DNA of 64,000 nucleotides, from NCBI GenBank assembly GCA_963666835.2, contig CAXXGO010000006.1, forward strand, positions 1,728,001-1,792,000, given 5' to 3'. Positions 1 to 8,962 of this stretch are shown piece after piece (position 1 is the stretch's first letter; every line of letters begins with the position of its first letter). Under the pieces are notes generated by a model. It did no database searches and had not been told where the DNA came from. It saw only the letters and a program-made list of their open reading frames with translations. The translations under genes and the position numbers were made by a program. Source of the stretch: Phycisphaerae bacterium. GTDB taxonomy: Bacteria > Planctomycetota > Phycisphaerae > UBA1845.

Positions 1-2
1 AG

Positions 3-848
3 TCGCGGTGGTGGGAGGTCTGGCTGGCGCCGCGGGCGGTTCGGGACGAGCGAGAACGGATGCGGTACCGAATGAGCTTGGTGCAGATGCAGACGCGGCT
101 CAAGAATCAGATTCACGCCATCCTGCATCGGCACGGGATCTTGCATGAGTTTTCCGACCTTTTCGGCCGGGCCGGCCGGCGTATGTTGGATGGTCTGGTA
201 ACGCCGAAGGATGAGACGCTTCGAGCCAGCGCGAAGGCTGCGTTGAAGGGGTATCTGCAATTGCTCGATCATGTGCGTCGCCAGATTGCACGGGTCACGC
301 GAGAAATTCGCCGGGAGCTCAAGAAGGATCCAAACGGCGAACGCTTGCGTACGATCCCGGGGATTGACGTGGTTTTGGCGTATACGATTCTGGCGGAGAT
401 CGGACGAATCAGCCGATTCCCAAACCGGAAACACTTGGCTTCGTACGCCTTGTTGGCTCCGCGCGCGGACGACAGCGGTGATGAGGACGATGAGACACCC
501 AAGGGGCGGCATGTGGGACGGATCGGTCGCCGTACGCTGAAATGGGCGTTTATCGAGGCCGCCCGCGGCGCAGTACGGAAGGATAAGCGTTTTCGGGAGA
601 TCTTTGACCGACGCACAGACGGGGGGAAGAAGGACCGCAATCGCGGCTACATCACCGTGGCTCACGATTTGACGCGTGTGGTACACGTGATGTGGAAAAA
701 GGAGATCGACTACATGGACGATCCGCCGGATCGTCCACGGACAGCATCAAAGAAACGCCGTCCGGCAAGAACGGCAAGGAAGCGACTTCGAAAGAAATCT
801 CGTCCGGGAACGGGCCAGCCCGAGGACCCTATGGTCGTTGCTGTCTGA
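3..848 (+). CDS. IS110 family transposase/recombinase (5'-truncated by window edge)
   Basis: Frame is open from position 3. It has LRTIPGID...AEIGRISRFPNRKHLASYALLAP..DSG (serine motif of the Tnp domain), G.RTLKWAFIEAA and VAHDLTRVVHVM, all typical of the Transposase_20 domain. Confidence 0.95.
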   Translation, partial: SRWWEVWLAPRAVRDERERMRYRMSLVQMQTRLKNQIHAILHRHGILHEFSDLFGRAGRRMLDGLVTPKDETLRASAKAALKGYLQLLDHVRRQIARVTREIRRELKKDPNGERLRTIPGIDVVLAYTILAEIGRISRFPNRKHLASYALLAPRADDSGDEDDETPKGRHVGRIGRRTLKWAFIEAARGAVRKDKRFREIFDRRTDGGKKDRNRGYITVAHDLTRVVHVMWKKEIDYMDDPPDRPRTASKKRRPARTARKRLRKKSRPGTGQPEDPMVVAV

Positions 849-1000
849 GAAGACGGCTCCAGGCCTCGTAGTAAATGGGCCGCCCGTACCGGACGAGATC
901 ATGCGACCCCGCGCCCGGTGTCCCATGGTGGCATCGGATCGACATCATGTTGTTATGTCGGCAGGCAAGCGGTAGCGCGAATGGATAGATGGACCGATCG
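797..1000 (+). ncRNA. Putative bridge/seek RNA of the IS110 element
   Basis: 11-bp stem 797-807/889-899, further stems 810-815/882-887 and 818-821/877-880, and an apical GAGA hairpin at 840-857. Loop segment 824-831 is the reverse complement of flank 1400-1407. Segment 981-988 is identical to the IS end 1395-1402. Confidence 0.75.
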
Positions 1001-1399
1001 AGAGATCTAGTCCGAACCGGTACACGGACGAGACAGATACGAGAAAGACACTGGGAAACGCCCGCGGGGTCGGGCTTTCCCGCCTACGGCGGAACTGGGG
1101 GCGCTGCCCCCAGACCCCCGGAGTTTATCGCTTTGGACCAAGAGCAGACTGCAGAACATATGATAAGAGGCGTCCACCAGCTACGATGGACGCCCCTGCC
1201 CTTGACCAGGTCGTCAAGAGTCTGCCCTCGGGTCTTGCGGGCGCTCGGGTCGCACTCCTGCGTTGCCCTACCCTCTCGCAAGACAACGCCAGGATAATCG
1301 GATTGACCCCAATCGAACAGCCCCGTTGCCTGCCGAATCAGCAAGCAGCCGGGCCGAATGGGAATGTTTTATACTTGACCGGGACATGCCTTTCATGGA

Positions 1400-1420
1400 T
1401 AGGGTCCGCTGTGCGGACCA
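1400..1420 (+). repeat. REP-like palindrome (G)TAG-GGTCCGC-TGT-GCGGACC, IS target site
   Basis: The 19-mer 1402-1420 recurs exactly at 1827-1845. A degenerate GTAG-preceded copy lies at 31272-31292. Confidence 0.75.
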
Positions 1421-1955
1421 CTGGAGTTTGGCACTTAACTAGTTAGCGCGATTGCTCTCCTTTCCGCGTTGGCGCGGCTGAAATCAGCCCGTTCACGCGT
1501 ACGCGATAGGTGGAGCCAGTGCCAGACTCCGTTCCGGGGACTTCGTGATGGACCATGGAGCTGACACGAAGTCGTTTGAACATCCGTCAATCATCTTGCA
1601 TCCCTGTCTCCCATGCTGTTCCGTACCTCAGGGCCCGTCCGTTTTGCCTGCCGAATCACGCCTTCGATCTCTAGTCGCAGGTCAATCGGGAGCGTGCCCG
1701 TTTTTCCGTTAGAGAAACCAGGCTCAAGATGCCGAAACCTGATAATACACGGGAAGTCCGGAATCTTTGCTCGACCCCCGGGCCCAACAGCCAGACTAGC
1801 TCTAGACAAAAAGGGCCAAAGTCCAGGGGTCCGCTGTGCGGACCAACCGACTTCAGGGAAACCGAGGCCCTCGGCCAAGTCAAAGAGGCACGGTCCGCCC
1901 GGTCGATAAGGCGGGGAGGTGCGTAAGGCTCACATGTCCAACTAAGGAGCTCAAC

Positions 1956-2279
1956 ATGTACGCCGCCATGATCTTCCCGGGTAGTGGCCCGCTGGTAATC
2001 CTCACCAGCCACACGGGGCTGGAAGACCCGGACCTGCTCAACCGCTTAGCCGCCAAGGGGATCTACAAGTTCATCGCCTTTCCGGTCCCGATCGAGACGG
2101 TCAAGGCGAAGTACGGCATTCACTTCGACATCGTCTGCAACTCTCTGGAGGAGACCGACGACCTTCGGGTATTGGACTTTGACGGTCGGCGGGCGATGGA
2201 GTTGCTGCCTTTCGACGTGCTGGGCGAGCCGATCTACCACACCGGCACGGTGGCCGCGATGCAGCCGGTACTGATGTGA
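1956..2279 (+). CDS. Conserved hypothetical cytosolic protein
   Basis: AAGGAG RBS at 1944-1949. GSGPLVILTS...KGIYKFIA...DLRVLDFDG resembles a widespread uncharacterised ~100-aa family. Confidence 0.8.
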   Translation: MYAAMIFPGSGPLVILTSHTGLEDPDLLNRLAAKGIYKFIAFPVPIETVKAKYGIHFDIVCNSLEETDDLRVLDFDGRRAMELLPFDVLGEPIYHTGTVAAMQPVLM

Positions 2280-2735
2280 CCGGCGGAGGGCAATCGGGAC
2301 CCGTGTTTGCGGTCGCGGGGGTCGTAGCGCGGTCACGGCGCCGCGCTCGTCATGCTTGACCGTCATCCGGGACGAGAACACGGGCGACCATGTCGCCCCC
2401 TAGCTCTGCGTCGCCTCTCCGAAACGCGGACCCCAAAACGGGCGGTCATTCGAGTACATGACTGGCGTGCGCCGGCTGACCATTCCGGGGCTTGCGGGCT
2501 CGGTTACGTAAGTGGTTCCACCTGCTGCCCGGACCCTCAGTTCCCTTTCACCACACCGCCGGCGCGGGCAAACACCGGCGTAATACAAGTTCTTGCGCAG
2601 TCAGACGGCTTGTTGCGGACGAGCGTATTGACTCCCTTGAGGCGTCAGTTGTGGAATAGGGGAAGTAGTTCGTTCGGATATCGTCGCAGCGCGCTCACCA
2701 AGCGGGCTGCTGGTTTCAAACTCGGAGATCCAACC

Positions 2736-3665
2736 GTGAGAGTAGTCCTTATTCTGAGCATCGTAGCTATTATGTTATCGGCGGGGCACCGTGTGGAAGC
2801 TGGGGTGGCGTTCAGTCGCGACCAAGACGTGATCTACGGGCACGATTACGGCATGGCGCTGACTATGGACGTGTTCACGCCGGAGCGTGACGCGAATGGT
2901 GCGGCCGTGGTCTTTCCCGCAAGCCTGGGGTGGGGTTCGAATCGCCGAGCACTTGAGATGATGCCGGTGACCGAACTGCTCAGCCGAGGGTACACGGTGT
3001 TTGTCGTAATGCACGGGAGCAAACCGAAGTTTACCATAACCGAAGTGATCGAGCACCTACACCGGGCCGTCCGGCACATCCGCTACCACGCGGAGCGGTA
3101 CAAGATCGATCCGGATCGGATCGGGGCTACCGGTGTGTCGTCTGGTTGTCATTTGGCGCTGATCCTCGGAACTGCCGGTCACAAGGGGAAGTCGCATCCG
3201 CGCGATCCGGTGGGGCGAGTCCACAGCGGAGTCCAGGCGGTTGCGTGCTACTTTCCGCCAACGGACTTCCTGAACTACGAAGCGCCTGGCCAGGATGCGA
3301 TCGGACGGGGGGCGCTGGAATACTACCGGTCGTGTTTCGATTTCCATGAGTTCGACAAGAAGGAGAACCGCTTTCAGCGAGTCACGGACGAAAACAAGAT
3401 CAAGGCGATCGGGCGAGACATCTCGCCGATTACCCATGTCTCCGCGGACGACGCCCCGACCCTGCTCATTCATGGCGAAGCCGATATGGTCGTGCCGATC
3501 CGGCAGGCGGAGACGTTCCTCGACAAGCTGGAAGCGGCCGGTGTTTCCGCGAAGTTGGTGGCAAAGCCCGAGGCTACCCATCTCTATGACGGCTGGGAGA
3601 ACGACATGAGCATCCTGGCGGACTGGTTTGACAAGCACCTCGGCACACCATCGAAGACCAAGTGA
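2736..3665 (+). CDS. Secreted alpha/beta hydrolase (esterase/lipase, BD-FAE-like)
   Basis: GTG start with GGAG RBS and a signal peptide. Nucleophile elbow GATGVSSGCH, LIHGEAD..VP and a C-terminal His. Confidence 0.9.
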   Translation: MRVVLILSIVAIMLSAGHRVEAGVAFSRDQDVIYGHDYGMALTMDVFTPERDANGAAVVFPASLGWGSNRRALEMMPVTELLSRGYTVFVVMHGSKPKFTITEVIEHLHRAVRHIRYHAERYKIDPDRIGATGVSSGCHLALILGTAGHKGKSHPRDPVGRVHSGVQAVACYFPPTDFLNYEAPGQDAIGRGALEYYRSCFDFHEFDKKENRFQRVTDENKIKAIGRDISPITHVSADDAPTLLIHGEADMVVPIRQAETFLDKLEAAGVSAKLVAKPEATHLYDGWENDMSILADWFDKHLGTPSKTK

Positions 3666-3911
3666 GCCCGGGCTGTGGTTGACTCGCACCGTGATGAAAG
3701 CGATCGCGAGCGGATTCACCCGACTCCGTTGCCACGACCGCCCCAAGGGCGGCTCATGTGCTGTTTGGCGCCTTCTCGCGAGTCGGCACCGGTGATGACG
3801 GGGGATACGTATGCCTTGAGGGTGTGACTGCCCGCCGTAAGACGCGACAGGAGCCAGCAATGAATCGGCGCACCGAGCTCGATCTTGATCTTGCTCATCA
3901 CACCTCTCACG

Positions 3912-4931
3912 CTATCCGGTTACCCGCACCACGCATCCCGGCGGCGATTCTTGGTTGATCTCAAAGCCCACGTCGAGAAACGCCGTTATGACGTCGATAT
4001 TCGTCTGGGCATGTCGAGACAGCCCCAGCGTGCGAAACGCTCCACCACCGGCCAGGGCGAGGGGGATAAGTAACTGATCGGTCAGATGCTCGCCGACCGG
4101 AACTCCCTTCGACAGGTAGCCCTGGGCTTCACCGGCCGCTTTGGCCGCGATGCTCTCCGCCCGCACATGCCGCTCGCCGAATCCGGTGACCACTTCGGTT
4201 ACGTGCTCGCTTTCGATTTCTATCGAAACGACGTTGCCCGGCCCGCACGAGTCGGTGACCTCTTCAACGATCAGACGGTCTTTGGTCAGCCCGAGCTTGC
4301 TGCCGATGACGCGCAGCTCGCGCTCCGCGATCTTGCGCGGCAGGTGGGCAACCATGGCCCGCGCCGTGACTCGCTTCATCTCACCTCGTTCGAGCAATTC
4401 GATCGGGACCAACGTCGCCGCTGGGGTGATTGTCACGTGAAACTCACCGCCCCCGGCCGGGTAGTACCCCGGGCGGATAATTGTTGCCTCAATTCTCGGC
4501 CCCATACGGTTGACCAACGGCAGAAACGACTTGACCAGGAAATCAAACGGCGGCGCCCAGGGATTGTGGGTGCCACCCTCCAAACGCAGGGTGGACGGCC
4601 CCTCGGCGCTCAGCAAAGCCGGCAGCACCGCCTGTAGCACGAGCGTGGCACTCCCCGCGGTTCCCACAGCGAAGTGATAGTCGCCGGCCCGAATCTCGCC
4701 GGGATCGAAGGTCAGCTCAGTGCTGCGCAACGACGCTCCGACGACCTTGGCACGTCCGATCTCTGTAGCCGCATTAACGGCCGTCAGATGTTGCCGCAGC
4801 AGCCCGGGCTTCTTGCGCCCGGCGCGGATGTTGTTAATCGTAAATGGCCGCCCGGTGACGAGTGACAGCGCCAAAGAAGTCCGCAACACCTGCCCGCCAC
4901 CTTCGCCTTGAGATCCGTCGATTGTGATCAT
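3912..4931 (-). CDS. rtcA: RNA 3'-terminal phosphate cyclase
   Basis: IDGSQGEGGGQVLRTSL, RKKPGLLRQHL, GGTHNPWAP, GYYPAGGG and EHLTDQL motifs. Confidence 0.97.
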   Translation of the reverse strand: MITIDGSQGEGGGQVLRTSLALSLVTGRPFTINNIRAGRKKPGLLRQHLTAVNAATEIGRAKVVGASLRSTELTFDPGEIRAGDYHFAVGTAGSATLVLQAVLPALLSAEGPSTLRLEGGTHNPWAPPFDFLVKSFLPLVNRMGPRIEATIIRPGYYPAGGGEFHVTITPAATLVPIELLERGEMKRVTARAMVAHLPRKIAERELRVIGSKLGLTKDRLIVEEVTDSCGPGNVVSIEIESEHVTEVVTGFGERHVRAESIAAKAAGEAQGYLSKGVPVGEHLTDQLLIPLALAGGGAFRTLGLSRHAQTNIDVITAFLDVGFEINQESPPGCVVRVTG

Positions 4932-5068
4932 GTGTATCTGCCGTAACCACTGCGATTCGCAGTGCTATGCACTGCATCCGCCTCACCAGTCTACCCGCAA
5001 TGGCCCTTGACAGGAACGGCTCAAGACGGCGGGGAAGCCTCCGATTAACCTGTGGGCGCTGCTTGGCA

Positions 5069-5788
5069 CTACGAGTCGAGGAACTTGTTCTGCAACCTAT
5101 CGACTACCCTGTCAGACATTCTGGGTGTGAAATCCGGTGACCTCGTAATGAACATACAGTCGAATGATACGGTTGGCGGTCGGAACTCGTCGCGATTGAA
5201 CATCCGTAAGGGTATCGAGCAGTCGAGTTCCTGTTCGGTGCTGCGCGTACTGTACTCCAGTGATGTGCCGCAGAATCGTCGCAAGTCCAGATAGCCGTCA
5301 GTGTACTTATCCGTCCATCTGTCCATTCCGATCGGGATATCTGGGCAATAGGCAAACACCTCCGGATGCGTCACGTAGTCGATTGAACCGACGAAGTCGC
5401 ACGCGATCGCATACAAGAGGAAGTCGCCCTGCCGGGGATTGAATTCGCAGAGCCGACTCGGACGCAGTGACCGTTCGATCGCGAGGAAATCCGAATAGAA
5501 CCGATAGCAGTCTTGCCCTATACCAAGATCCGCATGCGCGTCCAGATGGTACAAATGTACTGGTGATTGAAGCTCGGCTAGCGCATCGAGTATCTCTTCG
5601 TGCGTTTCAAACACCCGCCCAGGGATCCGCCGGTCAGAATTAAGGCCCAACCAGGTTTGCATGAAATCGACCACTTTTTCCGGACGCCAGGCCTCCACCC
5701 CCTCCGCGCGGCGTCCCGTCCGCACCAAAGGGCCGGTGGGAAGCGGATCGACGAACAGATCGATATCGATGTCCAGTACAGTGATCAT
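5069..5788 (-). CDS. UPF0489-like protein (arginase/deacetylase-like fold, uncharacterised)
   Basis: VLDIDIDLF, FETHEE, YHLDAHADLG and ITRSPDFTP motifs; GGAGG RBS upstream of ATG 5788. Confidence 0.75.
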   Translation of the reverse strand: MITVLDIDIDLFVDPLPTGPLVRTGRRAEGVEAWRPEKVVDFMQTWLGLNSDRRIPGRVFETHEEILDALAELQSPVHLYHLDAHADLGIGQDCYRFYSDFLAIERSLRPSRLCEFNPRQGDFLLYAIACDFVGSIDYVTHPEVFAYCPDIPIGMDRWTDKYTDGYLDLRRFCGTSLEYSTRSTEQELDCSIPLRMFNRDEFRPPTVSFDCMFITRSPDFTPRMSDRVVDRLQNKFLDS

Positions 5789-5820
5789 ATTGCCTCCGCG
5801 AGAGCCCTCAATCACGCGCA

Positions 5821-5997
5821 TCACCCGTTGTCCTTAATCACGAAACGAGCCCTCAGCTTCGCCACCTCGGTGGCGAGACCGGCCAGTTCCACGGAGTGTA
5901 CCACTTCGTTGAAATCCTTGTACGCCGCTGGGGCCTCGTCTCTGGGATATCGTCGGCAATTCGTCAGAATGTCCCCCGCCTCGAGCTCGGCTTCGAC
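5821..5997 (-). pseudogene. rtcB: C-terminal remnant of an RtcB-family RNA ligase
   Basis: DILTNCRRYPRDEAPAAYKDFNEVVHSVELAGLATEVAKLRARFVIKD matches the RtcB C-terminus (EAPxAYK). There is no upstream RtcB sequence. Confidence 0.85.
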
Positions 5998-6177
5998 CGC
6001 GTGCAGCTTGCCGATGTGCTGACGGTATGCCAAGAGTGCGGTACGCTCTCCGAAGCTGGTCGAAGCCTGTTTGCTGCTTCGCGGCAACGGCGGAAGAAGA
6101 CGAACGACGCCGACCGCCTGAGAAAGTACCTCAGCCGCTTTGGTATCCAGTGGTCGGACATCGCCGAGTCGATATGA
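5992..6177 (+). pseudogene. rtcR: C-terminal remnant of the sigma54-dependent regulator RtcR
   Basis: FDRVQLADVLTVCQECGTLSEAGRSLFAASRQRRKKTNDADRLRKYLSRFGIQW matches the RtcR C-terminal DNA-binding region. The CARF and AAA+ domains are missing. Confidence 0.85.
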
Positions 6178-6202
6178 AAGCCCTCTCCCCGGTCGAGCTG
6201 AT

Positions 6203-6871
6203 TCAACCACGTTGACTTCTGAGCTGCGCGAGCTTCCGCTGGAGTGGATGGAGGTACTTCTCCTTGTCTTCGTTGTTTCGGAATCCTATCTCTACCTCAT
6301 GGGCGAGCATCCATTCGAGAGCTTCGATCTGAATCTCGGTCAAGGACCGGTCTTTACGCTCGTCGAGCCAGCTTTCGATGGTGCTGGGGTTGAATAGTCT
6401 CGGCTCGAAGAACATCGGGCGTCCGTGCATCTGGCCATCCTGCCCGGTGCGATAGATGCTGCAAACAAAGTCGTCAGGAAACAGGAAGATCTGATGCTCC
6501 ATGATTGAAAAGCACGCGAGGCGGACTGAACACGGTAACGTCCGGCGGAGACAGATGGACTGCCGATCGTCATCCAGATGTTCAAGTAACTTCGGGAAGG
6601 CGGCCTTACCCAAGGCACGAAGCTGCTCAGCTGCTTCGTATGCAGGGACGCGAGGGTCTGTGGACGGCGTGTCCGGGGCGGGGGTGTAGATCGGCCGATC
6701 TGCCGCCGGTTGCGATGATAACGCCAGTTGCTCGATCAGCGAATCGATGCACTCGAGCTGCGCGGGTGTGCTCCCGCAACCGGCAATGTCTTTGTCCTGC
6801 GGTCCACAACCGGCGGCGAGCATACCGCAAACCACAGCGATAACGGCAGTCAGTCGTAGTCGATCGGTCAT
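6203..6871 (-). CDS. Hypothetical lipoprotein
   Basis: Hydrophobic N-terminus ending in the lipobox LAAGC; 222-aa ORF. Confidence 0.7.
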   Translation of the reverse strand: MTDRLRLTAVIAVVCGMLAAGCGPQDKDIAGCGSTPAQLECIDSLIEQLALSSQPAADRPIYTPAPDTPSTDPRVPAYEAAEQLRALGKAAFPKLLEHLDDDRQSICLRRTLPCSVRLACFSIMEHQIFLFPDDFVCSIYRTGQDGQMHGRPMFFEPRLFNPSTIESWLDERKDRSLTEIQIEALEWMLAHEVEIGFRNNEDKEKYLHPLQRKLAQLRSQRG

Positions 6872-7139
6872 AGTATGCCCCGGCCAATCTCCGCTTCCTT
6901 CGTCGCCACGACTCACGTATCATTGGCTGGCGGATTGGGGACGTGCGACATCCCCATTTGCTCCATACTTAATCGTAGTTGTGTCGCTCGCGAACTGCAA
7001 GCAAGGCTTTGGCGTATACATATTGGGAAGAGGCTCATCCAGGCCTGCGCCATTTCCCGTGAGTTATCGCGTCGCAAGTACGTCTCACCGCCTTGCGAGA
7101 ACAGGAGTCTTGCGTATGACACTCTGGTATCCTCGCGAC

Positions 7140-8627
7140 ATGCGCATTGCGCCGCAACTTGGTGCGAGTGTTCGGTATCCACCGGTCCGAAACTGTCATG
7201 CGTTGCTTCTCAATCCCTTCTACCCGAAGGACCCGCACGGAAGTTTCGGTAAGCACGTTCTTACGCCGACTCTGGCCCTCACCTCGCTTGCGGCCGTCAC
7301 CCCGGCCAATTGGAGTATCCGTTACTGGGATGAGAACCTCCTGCAAGGGGGGCCGCCGGTACATCCAATGCCGCAAGTCGTCGGGATCACTGTCCACCTG
7401 ACTTTCGCCCGGCGGGCCTACGAGCTCGCCGGTTGGTACCGACGAGGCGGGGCACGAATAGTCCTGGGAGGGCCGCACGTGGCCACATGTCCGCAAGAGG
7501 CGACCCCGCACGGCGATGCCATTGTCATCGGCGAGGGAGTGCAGGTCTGGCCGCAGATTCTACGCGACGTGGAGGCCGGTGTGCTTCGGCAGGTTTACCG
7601 GGGAGATTACCGACAACCGTATCGCGAAGACCCTCCGCCTCGTCGAGAGATTCTGCCGCGCGAGCAGTTTCTGACCACCACCAGCCTCATTGCTACTCGT
7701 GGGTGCAACAACCGGTGCGATTTCTGTTATCTGTCCACTGAGGGGCTCCGCGTTCCGTACCAGCGACGAGATGTTGCCCGGATCGTAGCGGAATTCGCGG
7801 CCGACGGGCAACCGTACGGGGTATTCACGGACAACAACCTGGGCTCCGATCGGGATTACTTGCGGAGTCTGTGCCGAGGCCTGCGCCCGTTGGGCAAGAT
7901 CTGGAGCGCCGCCGTGTCGTTGGACGTGACGGACGATCCGTCCCTGGTGCGTGAGATGGCTTCGGCGGGTTGCACGGGCGTCTTCGTCGGGTTCGAATCA
8001 CTAAATGACGAGAACCTGCGGTCGGCTCACAAACGTTCGCCCGGCGCGAGTGACTATAGTCGCCGCGTGCGAGTCTTCCGCGACTACGGTATCCAGGTGA
8101 ACGGGAGCTTCGTCTTCGGTTTCGACCATGACACGAGCGATGTATTCGCCGAGACCGTGGGGTGGATCGAGCGAAACCGCCTCGAGTGCGCGACGTTCCA
8201 TATCCTCACGCCGTATCCGGGCACGCCGCTGTTTCGCAGGCTGGATGCTGAGGGGCGACTGCTGCACAGGAACTGGGATTTGTACGACACGGCCCACGCT
8301 GTCTTTCGCCCCACGCACATGACCCCCGAGGAACTTGAGGAAGGCTATGGCTGGTGTTATCGCCGGCTGTTCTCTCATGCGTCCATCTGGCGTCGCCGTC
8401 CTGCCGACCGGCGCGCCGTGCTGCCGTATTTGGCGATGAGCTATCTGTACAAGAAGTCGAACCGTTTGTGGCACATCTTGATTCGACATCGGCTCACCGC
8501 GACGGTCTGGCGGCCACTTGTGGAGTGGACTCGTCGCCGTCACCTCCGGTTTCGCCGCCGGTTGGCGGATCCGGCGGTTCCAGCTCCCCGGTCAGTCGCA
8601 GGGAATCCCGTGAGCGCGGGAGTATGA
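7140..8627 (+). CDS. B12-binding domain radical SAM protein
   Basis: VLGGPHVATCP cobalamin-binding region, RGCNNRCDFC (CxxxCxxC), FVGFES, FGFDHD, TPYPGTPL. Start is approximate. Confidence 0.92.
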   Translation: MRIAPQLGASVRYPPVRNCHALLLNPFYPKDPHGSFGKHVLTPTLALTSLAAVTPANWSIRYWDENLLQGGPPVHPMPQVVGITVHLTFARRAYELAGWYRRGGARIVLGGPHVATCPQEATPHGDAIVIGEGVQVWPQILRDVEAGVLRQVYRGDYRQPYREDPPPRREILPREQFLTTTSLIATRGCNNRCDFCYLSTEGLRVPYQRRDVARIVAEFAADGQPYGVFTDNNLGSDRDYLRSLCRGLRPLGKIWSAAVSLDVTDDPSLVREMASAGCTGVFVGFESLNDENLRSAHKRSPGASDYSRRVRVFRDYGIQVNGSFVFGFDHDTSDVFAETVGWIERNRLECATFHILTPYPGTPLFRRLDAEGRLLHRNWDLYDTAHAVFRPTHMTPEELEEGYGWCYRRLFSHASIWRRRPADRRAVLPYLAMSYLYKKSNRLWHILIRHRLTATVWRPLVEWTRRRHLRFRRRLADPAVPAPRSVAGNPVSAGV

Positions 8628-8687
8628 CAGTGTTTCCACTCTAGCCCGGATTACTCATGACGTTCGCATGAATGCGCGTGGCTCGCT

Positions 8688-8761
8688 GTAGCGCCACCCC
8701 TAGTGGGTGGCGTCACGGAAACACAGCGTACCTATGCGCCAGGGACAAGCCCTGGCGCTAC
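8688..8761. repeat. REPIN-like inverted pair of GTAG-CGCC palindromes
   Basis: GTAGCGCCACCCCTAGTGGGTGGCG ... CGCCAGGGACAAGCCCTGGCGCTAC, i.e. two GTAG-led hairpins in inverted orientation. Confidence 0.75.
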
Positions 8762-8962
8762 ATTAATCCACGGCCTGCACTTTGCTTGGGTGAATAGTCC
8801 GGGCTGCGCCGCTTGAGCATCGTGAGGTTACTTGGATCACGAAACCGCCCTCGCCTCCAGCGCCGTGCCGGCGGGGCCTGTGACCTTGGCCGCTCGGAGA
8901 CGACAGAATACAATCGGCTCCTCGACAACAGCATCGGATATCGAGAGGGAGAGCAGAAACCA

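Larger units (their letters stand above)
1..1402 (+). mobile_element. IS110/IS1111-type insertion sequence, right part with long 3' non-coding end
   Basis: Transposase followed by ~550 nt of structured non-coding DNA. It ends in TTGACC (1375-1380)...CTTTCATGGATAG (to 1402), directly abutting a palindrome. Confidence 0.8.

Noticed and set aside
1591..1878. 95-aa minus-strand ORF
   Set aside because: It crosses a REP copy and has no recognisable motif or RBS.
3716..3910. Short ORF after rtcA
   Set aside because: Possibly a truncated gene remnant, but I cannot recognise a family.
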